64,000 bases of DNA from the IMG/VR virus record IMGVR_UViG_3300021197_001844; one strand, 5' to 3'. The DNA comes from an uncultured virus (IMG/VR IMGVR_UViG_3300021197_001844). Lineage: Duplodnaviria; Heunggongvirae; Uroviricota; Caudoviricetes. The translations under genes were made by a program, and so were the position numbers. A model generated the notes under the pieces. It saw nothing but the letters and a program-made list of their open reading frames with translations, searched no databases and was not told where the DNA came from. Of this stretch, positions 1 through 10,200 are shown piece by piece (within the stretch, counting starts at the first letter, position 1; every line of letters starts with the position of its first letter).

Positions 1-807
1 GTTTACCTCCGCTACCAAGTCTTGAATATAAAATATCTCTTTAACAATAGACTCTGTTATAGGTGACTTAGCATAACTATCAAGCTGGTTCAAAACAAGC
101 CTTGTTTTAGCCAAAAAGGTATCATTTTTGTTTATTTTTGGCTTCTTGGTACACTCGTGTACCTCTCTTTTAAGACGTGATATTTCCTCATTTAAGAAAG
201 CCTTAAGGCCCAGACCATTATCAGAGAATGATACAATATAATTTGTTAATAAGTCTCGCTGTTCTGTTCTTAGGGTCTTGCTGTATGTTTGATTAAACTT
301 TTTAACAAATGTATTGTATGTTAAGTTATCAACATGTTTCATCTCATCAAGTTCTTGCTTCTCATTAGTCATAAGAGTAACGAGCCTTGTTTCGACAAGT
401 AGGCGAGACCTAGCTTTTAACTTAGAGCCGAAATACGCACCAAGGGAATTAATATCTTTATAGTTCGAAATAAAATTGGAAAATGCGTCTGTGCTTAGAC
501 TTTCATTTATTTGTTTAATAAGTTTTGTTTGCTGATTGAAGATTAACTTGCGATCCAAGTTGTCAAAGTCCCTCTTGGTTTCGACAAGAAAGCGTGATGC
601 AAACTCTTTTGACATCTTTTTGCTTTCTAAAACCGAACGATAAACATCCAACTCTTCTTTTAGGGGAGCCCCACTTTTAAAATTATCTTTTATAATTTTA
701 ATAATTGTCTGTTTTCTCTCGTCTTGCTCTCTAACGATTGCTTTTGTTAATTCTTTCAGTAGGCATTCGTAAAGAAAAGCGGTATTTCTTTTCTTATTAA
801 ACTTCAT
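1..807 (-). CDS. Conserved hypothetical head-region protein (partial, runs off window edge)
   Basis: Not in the ORF track. ATG at 807 overlaps the portal 3' end and reads MKFNKKRNTAFLYECLLKELTKAIV; the same frame reads ...ESIVKEIFYIQDLVAEVN at position 1. Confidence 0.8.
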   Translation of the reverse strand, partial: MKFNKKRNTAFLYECLLKELTKAIVREQDERKQTIIKIIKDNFKSGAPLKEELDVYRSVLESKKMSKEFASRFLVETKRDFDNLDRKLIFNQQTKLIKQINESLSTDAFSNFISNYKDINSLGAYFGSKLKARSRLLVETRLVTLMTNEKQELDEMKHVDNLTYNTFVKKFNQTYSKTLRTEQRDLLTNYIVSFSDNGLGLKAFLNEEISRLKREVHECTKKPKINKNDTFLAKTRLVLNQLDSYAKSPITESIVKEIFYIQDLVAEVN

Positions 808-2737
808 CCTTTATCTCCTTTTTAAACATACCCTCGATAAGTCTATCGACTTCGTGTTTAGTTGTAAATAGTTTCTTCTCCTCCTTATCGTGAGTCTCCA
901 TCAAACCATTTGCTAAACTCCTGAGTTGTTGGTAGCCCTTTGGTGCTTTTGCCCGGCTCGATGATGGCTTGCCGTATTCTCCGGCAGTTGCTATCGACGA
1001 ATAGTTCTGGGATCTTCTTGAGCTTCTTTTCTTGCCACTCATCTTGTGAGTGCCGCCAAGGTCACTTCTGGGTTTATCCGGAACATTACGTTTTGCTGGT
1101 GGTTCTGCTAAGAGAACATCGTCTTCACCACCGCCGGCCGAATCTCCACCAATAGCGGGTGCGTCACCTCCAGCATCATCTCCGCCAAGATCGCCATCCA
1201 AATCTCCACCTAGGTCACCGCCAAGGTCCCCACCTAAATCACCACCGAGGTCTCCGCCTAAATCGCCACCACCGCCATCACCAGATACTGATGCCTCTAG
1301 CTTAGCTAAAAACTTCTTATCCGTTGCCATTTCATGTTGCATCCTAATATACTCATCCTCGGAAAGGCCCAAGAGGTGTTCCGAAACCCATCTTCGAGAA
1401 AAATAACCCTCAGTAGCAGCCCCGGCTATATCAAACTTAGCTTTCCAATGCTCAAGCTCTTGAAGCTCAGAAATTTTACTAGGGTTGTTCAATTTCAATT
1501 TAAATGATAAAAGGTCATCACCTCTGAAACCAAGCGTGAAAAGGTGGATAATTCCGATCTTTTCTAATTCCGAGATAACAACTCTTTGGAGTCTTTGTAT
1601 AGTTCTTGCGAAACGTACATCTTTTTGAGCTAGCGTTGTCTTGTCTTCTGTTGCTCCCTCTCCCATTGTCAAGTACGACTGTGGGACTTTAAGTGCTGAG
1701 AATAGTTTATCACGAAGGTACTTAACATCCTCGACAGTTCCAGTAAACTGTCCACCGGCAAGGTTCTCTATCTTAGTGTTTGATGTGCCGCCTCGAACTG
1801 GTATAAAATAGTCTTCTTCAATAGAAAGAGGGTTATATCTCAGGTCAACACGGCCTGTCTTTGGGTCGACTACTTGGTGTCGCTTCATTTGTGTCATAAC
1901 TTTCTGCATGTATTGTTCAACGTCTTGTGGTGCAATTGAGCCAACGTCAACATAAAACGCCCTACGTTCTGGTGAACGAACAATACGATAAGCCATCATG
2001 GCATCCTCAAGTAGAGTTAGCTGTCGCCAGATACGACGGGCCGGCTCAAGCACCGAGGTGCCGTATGGTACATGCTTATCATTACCAAGAATACGAAAAT
2101 GAGCAACTTGCCAGTTTTCTAAAGTCATGCCGGCAGAATTCCATTGATATTGCACATAGTTCGGGTTGTTCTCGTCTTCACCTTCCAAGCGCTCAATCTC
2201 TTGCGGAGGCAGACCGATAGACGAGCGAATACCAATTTCTTCATCAATATCCAAATAGAGAAAGAAGTCTCCATACTTGCACATTGTCCTACACCAGCCA
2301 AACAAGTTATGTTCAACGTTCATGACATTGTGGTAAAGAGTATGAAGTATTGTCTTTATTTCGTCATTTTGGCAAGAGATCTTAAGCATACTATCCAGCG
2401 AAGAGTGGGTAGTCATCTCATCAGCATATATATCCAACGAAGAGTTGATCTCTGGTGTGAACTCCATTTGGTCAAAGTCAACATATCTCTCAGCCCTATT
2501 TCTGTTCGAGATCATATTGATTGTGGTGATGTTCATCGGGTTATATTCGGCTTTTTTAAAATGCTTTCCCGATGCAGACTTAAATCTTTTCGAAAACATA
2601 TCCAAATGTCTTCTTCTAAGCTGTCTGCCGTGTTGTGTTCTTCTTTGTGTTATCGGTCCGGAAAACAATCTAGTCAGTGCCCTGAAAAGTCCAGACTCCT
2701 GATTGTAGGGGTTTCTTCCATTATTGTTTTTAGCCAT
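797..2737 (-). CDS. Portal protein (T4 gp20-like)
   Basis: Motifs 'LLEDAMMAYRIVRSPERRAFYVDVG', 'EEDYFIPVRGG', 'DVKYLRDKLFSALKVP' and 'DVRFARTIQRLQ' match the gp20 family; lies next to the terminase. Confidence 0.95.
   Translation of the reverse strand: MAKNNNGRNPYNQESGLFRALTRLFSGPITQRRTQHGRQLRRRHLDMFSKRFKSASGKHFKKAEYNPMNITTINMISNRNRAERYVDFDQMEFTPEINSSLDIYADEMTTHSSLDSMLKISCQNDEIKTILHTLYHNVMNVEHNLFGWCRTMCKYGDFFLYLDIDEEIGIRSSIGLPPQEIERLEGEDENNPNYVQYQWNSAGMTLENWQVAHFRILGNDKHVPYGTSVLEPARRIWRQLTLLEDAMMAYRIVRSPERRAFYVDVGSIAPQDVEQYMQKVMTQMKRHQVVDPKTGRVDLRYNPLSIEEDYFIPVRGGTSNTKIENLAGGQFTGTVEDVKYLRDKLFSALKVPQSYLTMGEGATEDKTTLAQKDVRFARTIQRLQRVVISELEKIGIIHLFTLGFRGDDLLSFKLKLNNPSKISELQELEHWKAKFDIAGAATEGYFSRRWVSEHLLGLSEDEYIRMQHEMATDKKFLAKLEASVSGDGGGGDLGGDLGGDLGGDLGGDLGGDLDGDLGGDDAGGDAPAIGGDSAGGGEDDVLLAEPPAKRNVPDKPRSDLGGTHKMSGKKRSSRRSQNYSSIATAGEYGKPSSSRAKAPKGYQQLRSLANGLMETHDKEEKKLFTTKHEVDRLIEGMFKKEIKDEV
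1130..1280 (-). repeat. Coding low-complexity repeat (GGDL)n in portal C-terminal tail
   Basis: Protein reads GGGGDLGGDLGGDLGGDLGGDLGGDLDGDLGGDD; 12-nt period with synonymous divergence. Confidence 0.9.
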
Positions 2738-2743
2738 ATATTA

Positions 2744-4327
2744 TTATCCTTTATAAATCCACATAAAATCTTTAACTTGTTGAATCGCTTCTTTATGCTT
2801 TTCGTTAAATGAACTTGAATACCCATCCATACCTTTTATTGCAGTATTCATTACATTGTCACTCTTATACATAGAATTTAGCATTGCTTTTTTATATTCT
2901 ACGTCTTTCTTGCTGACATGTAAGGCTGTGTCTCTCACCCAGCATGCAATTGCTAGCGCCATAACTAAATCGTCATTGTAGGAGCGCATTGCCTGTGGTT
3001 TTCCGTTATGCCATATAAACGTCTTCATTTCGTGAAATATTCTAGAAGAATAAGTTTTTATTAATTTGTTTCTTATAAACTCTTCTAGTTTAGCAACAAT
3101 CAGCGGTCTAGTTTTTGTTGAAGTGGTGAACCCGGCAACCGCATTATTCATAGACTCGCCCTGATAAGACTCAACGAATTCATGAGTTGACTTAACAGAA
3201 TAATACAAGTTCGGGTACCCTAAGTTAATTAGTTTTTCTAAAATAGAAATACCAATGCCGTTATTTTCAACGACCAAAAGACAATTGCCGAACTCAGCAC
3301 CAGCAGAAAATAGCATCTGTGAATACATATCTAAGCTTGGTTTACCCTGATATTCTGCTATAACTTCCATTGTTTCTAATTTCAAAACATGAAACACGGA
3401 ATTATCCGCTCCATCGCCCCTTGCTACATCTGCAACCAAAAGGTATGAATTATCTTCATTGTACTTTTCCCACATCCAAAAATTGCGGTCATACCCTACT
3501 CTATAGTCCGGATCTTTAATATTTGAGTTAACCCAAACAATATCATCAGGGTGAACAACTGTGTCGCCTGAAGTATTGAAATTACAAAGAAGTTCTTGGG
3601 CTACCTGCCTCTTGGACATATTTTTAGTTTCTTTTTCAAACCATGCCTGATCTCTCTCCGGGTGAACGTCCCACATCAATTCGACTGGGTTGAATTCATT
3701 TTCTCCATCGACAGCGTCAGTGTAGGTCTTATGAAACCAGTTTCCTGTTCCCTTTGGTGTCGATAGAGCGATACACCGACCACCAGTAGCCAGAGTAGAA
3801 TAGATTGCTGTCCATATATCATTCATCTTCTCAACATGAGCAGCCTCATCCACGACTAATAAAGAAAGCGCTTCTGAACGGCCAGCGTCTTCAGAAGTAG
3901 GGACTGCCTTGATAATAGAGCCGTTTGACAACTCGAATGACGTTCTGTTGTCAACATCGATCTTTGCCACCTTCATCCAATCAGGCAAGTTTTTCATGAT
4001 ACTCTTTACTTTCTTAACCAAGTTGGCCGCTGTGCTGAACTTCGTTGCAAGAACAACTATGCTCTTCTCTTTATGAAAAAGCATAAACCAAACACAATAA
4101 GCAGCAGTGATTGTTGAAATCCCTAGCTGCCTTGCTTTCAATATTACGTTAAAACGGAAATCATTATAATCGTTGAGTAAGTCATCCTGATACGGGTAGG
4201 TCTTGAAAGTAATTAGACCCCTCATTGGGTGACTTATGCGGCAATAGTTATTAATAAAATATGAAGCATCTTTGCCGGACTTAACAATTTCTTTAACTAT
4301 TTCTTTCTTTGTTAACCTGAAGGCCAT
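2744..4327 (-). CDS. terL: Terminase large subunit (T4 gp17-like)
   Basis: Q-motif 'YPYQ', Walker A-like 'KARQLGIST', Walker B 'LVVDEAA', coupling motif 'STPKG', nuclease 'ADVARGDGAD' and 'NDDLVMALA'. Confidence 0.95.
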   Translation of the reverse strand: MAFRLTKKEIVKEIVKSGKDASYFINNYCRISHPMRGLITFKTYPYQDDLLNDYNDFRFNVILKARQLGISTITAAYCVWFMLFHKEKSIVVLATKFSTAANLVKKVKSIMKNLPDWMKVAKIDVDNRTSFELSNGSIIKAVPTSEDAGRSEALSLLVVDEAAHVEKMNDIWTAIYSTLATGGRCIALSTPKGTGNWFHKTYTDAVDGENEFNPVELMWDVHPERDQAWFEKETKNMSKRQVAQELLCNFNTSGDTVVHPDDIVWVNSNIKDPDYRVGYDRNFWMWEKYNEDNSYLLVADVARGDGADNSVFHVLKLETMEVIAEYQGKPSLDMYSQMLFSAGAEFGNCLLVVENNGIGISILEKLINLGYPNLYYSVKSTHEFVESYQGESMNNAVAGFTTSTKTRPLIVAKLEEFIRNKLIKTYSSRIFHEMKTFIWHNGKPQAMRSYNDDLVMALAIACWVRDTALHVSKKDVEYKKAMLNSMYKSDNVMNTAIKGMDGYSSSFNEKHKEAIQQVKDFMWIYKG

Positions 4328-4333
4328 TCGACA

Positions 4334-4885
4334 TTAGCCCTTTTTCCTTGTATCATTCTGAGGTCTTTTGTTTTTGTTATCTAGTTCTAAAAAGCTTTTG
4401 AATGCAGCGTCTATTGTTCTATTTTCAGAACCCACGGCATCCGGGTCTTGCTTAATACCAGAAATTTTAAAATGTTGGTATGCTTGTACAAAGTTTCTCA
4501 CTCTAGATACGGACTGGGCTAGCACCTTTATATCGCCATCCTTTGTCAGAGAAACGGAGTTTCCTGTAATTGCTTTGTACTCTTTTTGAAGGAACTTTTT
4601 AATCTCGTTGATCATTCTTTCCATCTCGGACTCAAAGCCGCCTTTGTAAATTTCTTTAAGCATGATATCTGCTTGATAGGTAATACAAAGAGCGCTGCCT
4701 GCGAACTTAATACTAAACCCATCATTGATACGTTCGTCCATTATAGGACAACCTTCCTCTCTTTTGAGGCCAACTTTCTTTGCTTCGCCATCACGCACAT
4801 AGCGTTCATCATGAGCACCATCGTATGCATTTGCGGCGGCTTGAGCAAGCCCCTGTACTATTTCTAAAATATTTGAATCAGCCAT
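4334..4885 (-). CDS. Hypothetical protein upstream of terminase
   Basis: Start taken at MADSNILEIVQGL (4885), preceded by GGAG; the longer track start overlaps the upstream gene. Confidence 0.75.
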   Translation of the reverse strand: MADSNILEIVQGLAQAAANAYDGAHDERYVRDGEAKKVGLKREEGCPIMDERINDGFSIKFAGSALCITYQADIMLKEIYKGGFESEMERMINEIKKFLQKEYKAITGNSVSLTKDGDIKVLAQSVSRVRNFVQAYQHFKISGIKQDPDAVGSENRTIDAAFKSFLELDNKNKRPQNDTRKKG

Positions 4886-5252
4886 TATTAGGTCTCCATC
4901 CTTGTTTCCATCTGTCTTCTCGCCCTTCAACCCACATAATATAACACTTTTCACAACACTCAAACTTTGACATATAAACATCATCACTTGATTTAAAAGA
5001 GTAAGTATTACACACAGGGCACGAACGCTTTGACTCTCTCATAAGTAGTTTCTTGGATATTAAAACTCCATTTACTTCCTTTTGCTGTTCTTCCTCTGGA
5101 TTGTATACGTGGTGGAGTTTTTTTAAATCATCCAAATAGGCCTGTTCCTTATCATCTGACCACTTGCTCTTGGGATGCTGGACAGTCTCATCGCCATATT
5201 TTTCTGATATTGCTCTCTCGACTTTGATATTGTAGTCAGGGTCTTTATTCAA
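4878..5252 (-). CDS. Zinc-finger-like hypothetical protein
   Basis: CPVC...CCEKC cluster; TTG start with GGAGGT RBS. Confidence 0.75.
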   Translation of the reverse strand: MNKDPDYNIKVERAISEKYGDETVQHPKSKWSDDKEQAYLDDLKKLHHVYNPEEEQQKEVNGVLISKKLLMRESKRSCPVCNTYSFKSSDDVYMSKFECCEKCYIMWVEGREDRWKQGWRPNNG

Positions 5253-5260
5253 GATACCTC

Positions 5261-5485
5261 CTAATTGGCAGTCAGTAACGCTGCTACTGCCTGAGATAAT
5301 ACAAGTGGGTCTAGGCCGGATGGTTCTGCTAATTTCTCTATTTCTGCTCGGACTTTGGTTGCAATTGCTTCTGCTGCTTTTGGGACATCAGTAATAGCTT
5401 TCATTATTTCGTCGCCTTCGGCTTCATGCATAGCATCAACCTCTTCTTTTATAATCTGTCTTATTCTGTTTTCTGTTAATTTCAT
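5261..5485 (-). CDS. Small protein with IIKEE leader (putative internal head protein)
   Basis: Starts MKLTENRIRQIIKEEVDAMHE; ATGA overlap with the upstream stop; GGAG RBS. Confidence 0.75.
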   Translation of the reverse strand: MKLTENRIRQIIKEEVDAMHEAEGDEIMKAITDVPKAAEAIATKVRAEIEKLAEPSGLDPLVLSQAVAALLTAN

Positions 5486-5892
5486 TGTGTATCTCCCTTT
5501 ACAACGTGCATAATTGCGATTGAGGTGGTTGTGCCAAGCATAAACCCACCAGCTAGCCACCACCCAGTTCTATTAGGCTTGATAAGTTTTTGTATTTTTT
5601 CATTCTCTTCTTGTCTTATCGCCAGCATATCTGAAAGTCTTTGCTTATCAGCATCATATTTGGCCTGCAAGAGGTCATGCTTTAGGCTTTCTTCTGCCTT
5701 GGTCCTGTTGATGTGGTAATCTATCTCTATCTCACACTGTTGTGCTTTTAGGCGGTTATCAACAATCAATTTAGAAACAGCCGCATCGTTGAAAAGGCGA
5801 CCGGTGAATGGTGCTTTTTGGTTTTCTTTAAGTGGCACGAATTTGGGAGCTTCAGCAGAAGCAGCCATAGATAATAAAAATAACAACAACAT
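5482..5892 (-). CDS. Secreted coiled-coil protein with C-terminal hydrophobic anchor (possible spanin component)
   Basis: Signal peptide MLLLFLLSMAASA, a coiled coil, and a C-terminal GWWLAGGFMLGTTTSIAIMHVV segment. Confidence 0.6.
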   Translation of the reverse strand: MLLLFLLSMAASAEAPKFVPLKENQKAPFTGRLFNDAAVSKLIVDNRLKAQQCEIEIDYHINRTKAEESLKHDLLQAKYDADKQRLSDMLAIRQEENEKIQKLIKPNRTGWWLAGGFMLGTTTSIAIMHVVKGDTQ

Positions 5893-5894
5893 TA

Positions 5895-6299
5895 TTAAAC
5901 TTCCTTTTTAATTCCTAGTTCTCTTTCTAGAATTTTATCAACTTCATCTGGGTCGTTTTTTACTTTTGACACCATTTTCTTTATTTGTTCTTTTTGAGAA
6001 TGAGTTAAATTTTGCTTGTCTTCCTCATGTTTCTCTTCGATCTTAATAACAGCCTTGGAGTATCTATCATTAGCTTCTTTCCTTCTCTTCATCTCAAGTT
6101 CATATGCCTTATGTATAGCTTCCTTTTCTTTTTCGTAAAACTCTTTTGCCATTTCTGCTTGTATTCTCAAGCCCCTAGCGTGTTTTCTACCTGCCAAATA
6201 CACAATAATAAAGGACACAAACAAAACAAGCCACCGCCAGTGTTGACGACACCAGACAGCAGCAAGTTTTAAATATTTTAGAACGTTAAGCCATAACAT
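5895..6299 (-). CDS. Membrane-anchored coiled-coil protein (i-spanin/Rz-like)
   Basis: N-terminal TM 'WLVLFVSFIIVYLAG' followed by a long charged coiled coil. Confidence 0.6.
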   Translation of the reverse strand: MLWLNVLKYLKLAAVWCRQHWRWLVLFVSFIIVYLAGRKHARGLRIQAEMAKEFYEKEKEAIHKAYELEMKRRKEANDRYSKAVIKIEEKHEEDKQNLTHSQKEQIKKMVSKVKNDPDEVDKILERELGIKKEV

Positions 6300-6302
6300 A
6301 CA

Positions 6303-6632
6303 TTATGTTCCCCTAGCAGCAATTATCTTTTTAATATCATCAACCAAGCCGGCTACACCTCTAACTTGTTGCCATGACTCGATATCCCCGCTTTGGGCCC
6401 TATACTCACTATCCATCCCAGCATAAGTCATCCATTGGCCCCACTGTCTGGTAGCATCGGGACCAGCAGCCCCGGAAGTATACATTTTATTAAGCTCAAT
6501 CATAATCCCGCTTGGTGTCATGCCCTGCATCTTGAGTTCTTCTACTAATGACCATACGTCAGTATCTAACTCCAGCATTTCATTGAGTTCTTCTTTGATG
6601 AGGTTTTTTAATTGTTCAGGCGTAATCTTCAT
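6303..6632 (-). CDS. Small protein with LIKEE leader (putative internal head protein)
   Basis: Starts MKITPEQLKNLIKEELNEMLE; AGGAG RBS just after the holin-like stop. Confidence 0.75.
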   Translation of the reverse strand: MKITPEQLKNLIKEELNEMLELDTDVWSLVEELKMQGMTPSGIMIELNKMYTSGAAGPDATRQWGQWMTYAGMDSEYRAQSGDIESWQQVRGVAGLVDDIKKIIAARGT

Positions 6633-6642
6633 ATTGGCTCTC

Positions 6643-6954
6643 CTATCCATGCTTCCAGACTTTAACTGTATCGATGACCGATTGGCCACCGACATAGATC
6701 ATAGCGATAAGACCCCAAGTATCTGGGTCTAAACCAAACCATGCGAAAAGACCAGTAGCTACCAGAAATACTAGCAATTTGCGAGAAATTACTTTTGATA
6801 ACATAACGTCAAATGCGCCTGCCTTCTGGAGCGTTTCTACTGAATTGCAAGGGTAACACTTACCAGTTTCGCAAGTTTCAACAGTACAGTCGTCATTGCA
6901 ATCTTCTACTCCGCAGTGCTCATTTTTTACTTCAATATCATTTTCTTCACTCAT
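6643..6954 (-). CDS. Putative holin with Cys-rich acidic N-terminus
   Basis: Two hydrophobic helices 'SRKLLVFLVATGLFAWFG' and 'WGLIAMIYVGGQSVID'; small; near spanin-like genes. Confidence 0.6.
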   Translation of the reverse strand: MSEENDIEVKNEHCGVEDCNDDCTVETCETGKCYPCNSVETLQKAGAFDVMLSKVISRKLLVFLVATGLFAWFGLDPDTWGLIAMIYVGGQSVIDTVKVWKHG

Positions 6955-6994
6955 TATTAATATCTCCTATTTTTTATATGAATCTTTACTTAAA

Positions 6995-7246
6995 CTAAAA
7001 GAGTGTCTTTACTCTCTCCAAGACAGCCACTATTTCTTCTCTAGGAATCTTATTCACAACACCACGAAGCAAGTTCTGAATTCCGGATTGAAACTGGAGT
7101 GCTTCAGGGCTCATTTGGGTATACATATCTTGTAGTGCGTCCTGCTCTTGTGTAAAATCAGTTGCTGGTGTCATTTGTGGCATCTCATTCATAGTTTGCA
7201 TTTCTTCTTTAATAATCTGCATTAATTTTTCTGTTGTTAATTTCAT
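6995..7246 (-). CDS. Small protein with IIKEE leader (putative internal head protein)
   Basis: Starts MKLTTEKLMQIIKEEMQTMNE; AGGAG RBS. Confidence 0.75.
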   Translation of the reverse strand: MKLTTEKLMQIIKEEMQTMNEMPQMTPATDFTQEQDALQDMYTQMSPEALQFQSGIQNLLRGVVNKIPREEIVAVLERVKTLF

Positions 7247-7257
7247 CGGGTTTCTCC

Positions 7258-10200
7258 TTAAATATTTACGTTTGCATAGCCATCGATTTTATTTATATCA
7301 ATCGTCATGTCAACAACATCTTTTAAAGAGTCAAGGTGTGAAATTAGTATTACAGTCTTGAATTGATTCTTAATGATTCGTAAAAGATTTGTAAAGCCTT
7401 CCATGTGTTCCTGATCTAAAGCTGTTGCGGGCTCGTCAAGTATAAATAGTTCACTCTTTGGCAAATTTGTTATTGTAATCAAAGCTAAACGTATTGCCAT
7501 TGATGCCAGAGTCTTCTCGGCGCCAGAACCCATAGATAACGGGCGAGGATCATAGAAAGGGTGTTTAATATTAATATCAAGCTTGTCGCCCACAGACTCA
7601 AAGAAAACTTCAAAGTCAACAATATTACCTAGGATCTTTGCTATTTCCTCATTTAATAAGGGCAGCTTCTGTTTAATAATCCTATACGGTATGCCGTTTG
7701 GATGCATACACTGTAGGAATAAGTCGTAAGCAACCCACTCCTTCTCTATCTCCTCAAGCTCTTTCTTGTTTGATTGCAGAGACTTAAGAGTAGCATGTGA
7801 TGCTCCTTGCTCTACAAGATACTTTGTTATCTTGTCTTGGCACCTATCGTACTCTATTTTCTTTTGTCTTAAGAATTTCTCAATAGCTGTTTTCTCCCTG
7901 TTCAGGGTGCCAAGGTTTTCAATAGTCTCTCTATTATCTTCATATTCTTTTGCTTTGGCTTGCATGTCGGCAATCTCGTTATTTAATAAACTTATCTTAT
8001 CCTTGTTGGAAGACAGAGTCAAAGCAAGGGTTTCGATCCTTCTCTTGGATTCGCCCACAGTTTTTAACTTTAAGTTATAATCAGCAACCTCGGCATTGAT
8101 GTCAGCAATGTTTAGAGCGCCAAGAGTAGCGCTAAAACCAGCTTTTATATTATCCATGACTCTTATGTCCTCTATTACTTTAGGCAAGGTTTTTTTGGCC
8201 TTTTCAGCATCTTTAACAAACTTATTACTTGAACAATATACACAGTCTGGATCATACTCATGGCTATGCAGCATTTTTATTTTCTTATTTAGACCATCTT
8301 GGTCTCTAACCAAGGCTCTCCTCTTTGACTCAAGGTCTTTGATTTTTGCTCCAAGGTCATCAGCTTTCTCAATAATAGACACCAGCTTATCATAGTCAAC
8401 AGACTTGACAAGTTCTTGACAACTTTCTAAAGAGCTTTGAGTGTTCTTGACGTTCATCTCGATGTCGACGTTGTTTTCTATCAGCATGGCACGTCTTTTT
8501 CGCTTCTGAACAATTGCTGCGCTTACTTTATCAATATCTATTAAAACTGCTGGGATATTGTCAATTTTAGTCTGTATTGCCTGTAGCTCGTCCACCAGTT
8601 CTTCTTTACGAATTTGGATGCCTGAGCATACGCTTCTTTGCTTTTGAATATCCACAGCGACTTCTTCAAGTATCTCAGTATGCTTTACAATTTCTTTATC
8701 CCACTGTTTTTCATTTAGCTTTTTAACAAGTGCTTTTAGTTCCGAAGCTTCCTTTTTAGCAAGTTTAAACTTCTTATCAAAGACTTGTAAGTCAAGAAAT
8801 TTTGCAAGAATTTCTTTTCGCTTGGTCACGCCTTCTTTAACAAAGGAGAGAGAGTCAAGTTGACTCGACATAGAGGTTAGGAGGAAATCTTCCATGGTGC
8901 CAAACCTTTTCCGAATATTGGCATCGGTTTCGGTCCGGGTCGTGCCATTCAGACTCTCGTCTTCAGATATCAAAGAAAAATCTAAATCTACTCTGGCTTC
9001 GAGGGTTTCGCCCTTACGGGACTTTTTCTTGTACTTTTCTAAGTTCCTTACAACTTGGTAAGTTTTATCTCCAATATCTATTTGGACTCTGCCCTTGGCT
9101 CTCTCTCGGTTTTGATTAACTACATAGACGTTTTTCCGCTCGCCTTTCGAGGTTGAATTAAACAGCGTGAATAAGAGGCTGTCAATGATGCTAGACTTTC
9201 CGGAGTAATTACGACCGAAGATCCCGACAAGCCCTCTAAGATTTGCGAAGTCAACTTTGTTTTGTTTACCATAGTTGAACAAGTTGTCCCATTCGAGACT
9301 CTTGATTTTCCAAATAACATTCCTTGATATCTCCTCGCCTTGTTCGGCTAAAATGTTATACTTTTTATTGTATTCTAAGACTTTTTCTAGAACTGGTTCT
9401 TCCAGTTCCATATCCGATAAATAGTCCCTTATATGCTTTTCTTGCACAGATATATCTCTTAAGTTCTCTGATATAACCGAATTAGCATAGTTTCCATCAT
9501 CATAATGGGTACTTGACTCTTTTCCGTTCAGAACAGCTACAGAGTACGGATTCCACTTGGCTTCTGCTAATGCCCTTGCTTTTCTAAGCTTGTCTGATGG
9601 TAGGTTTGTTCTTGAGACTAGCCGCAAGCGACAGTTTCTAGGGGCATGGGCATCATCAGGTAGGTTACCAGCAGCAGTGAGCCTAATGGTGATAAACGGC
9701 CTTGGGTTTGTAATATAGATGTTCTTGGCACTAAATTTATCTTTATTTTCAATTTTCCAAAGCAAGTAGCCTTTCTGTGGGGATTCGCTAAACTTCTGCT
9801 GGATGGTTGAACCACAATACCTGACACGCCCCTCTGTGTCTAACGCCTGTTGCCGGTGTATGTCGCCAAGCATCGCAAAATCGAAATCACGGAAAATAGT
9901 GACTCTATCATCACCCTGATCCATCGTCCAGTTTGCACCAGTCTGCGACCCAGCTATGGCGCCATGATAAAGAGCAACATTTATTTTGTCTGGTGCTGTG
10001 GGCTTCAGCCAGTTATCACGGTCAAATACAGAAAGGACATTAATCGCCATCCCATCATCGATGTGAACCTCTCCACTGTTCTTTAATAAATGAAGTCTTG
10101 GATGCTTAAGCGCATTTATAATTGGCGTCAATGCATCTTGCCTGTTCTCGTTCTTAAGGTTACCATCATGATTCCCAAGAATAACATATGTTGGCGCTAT

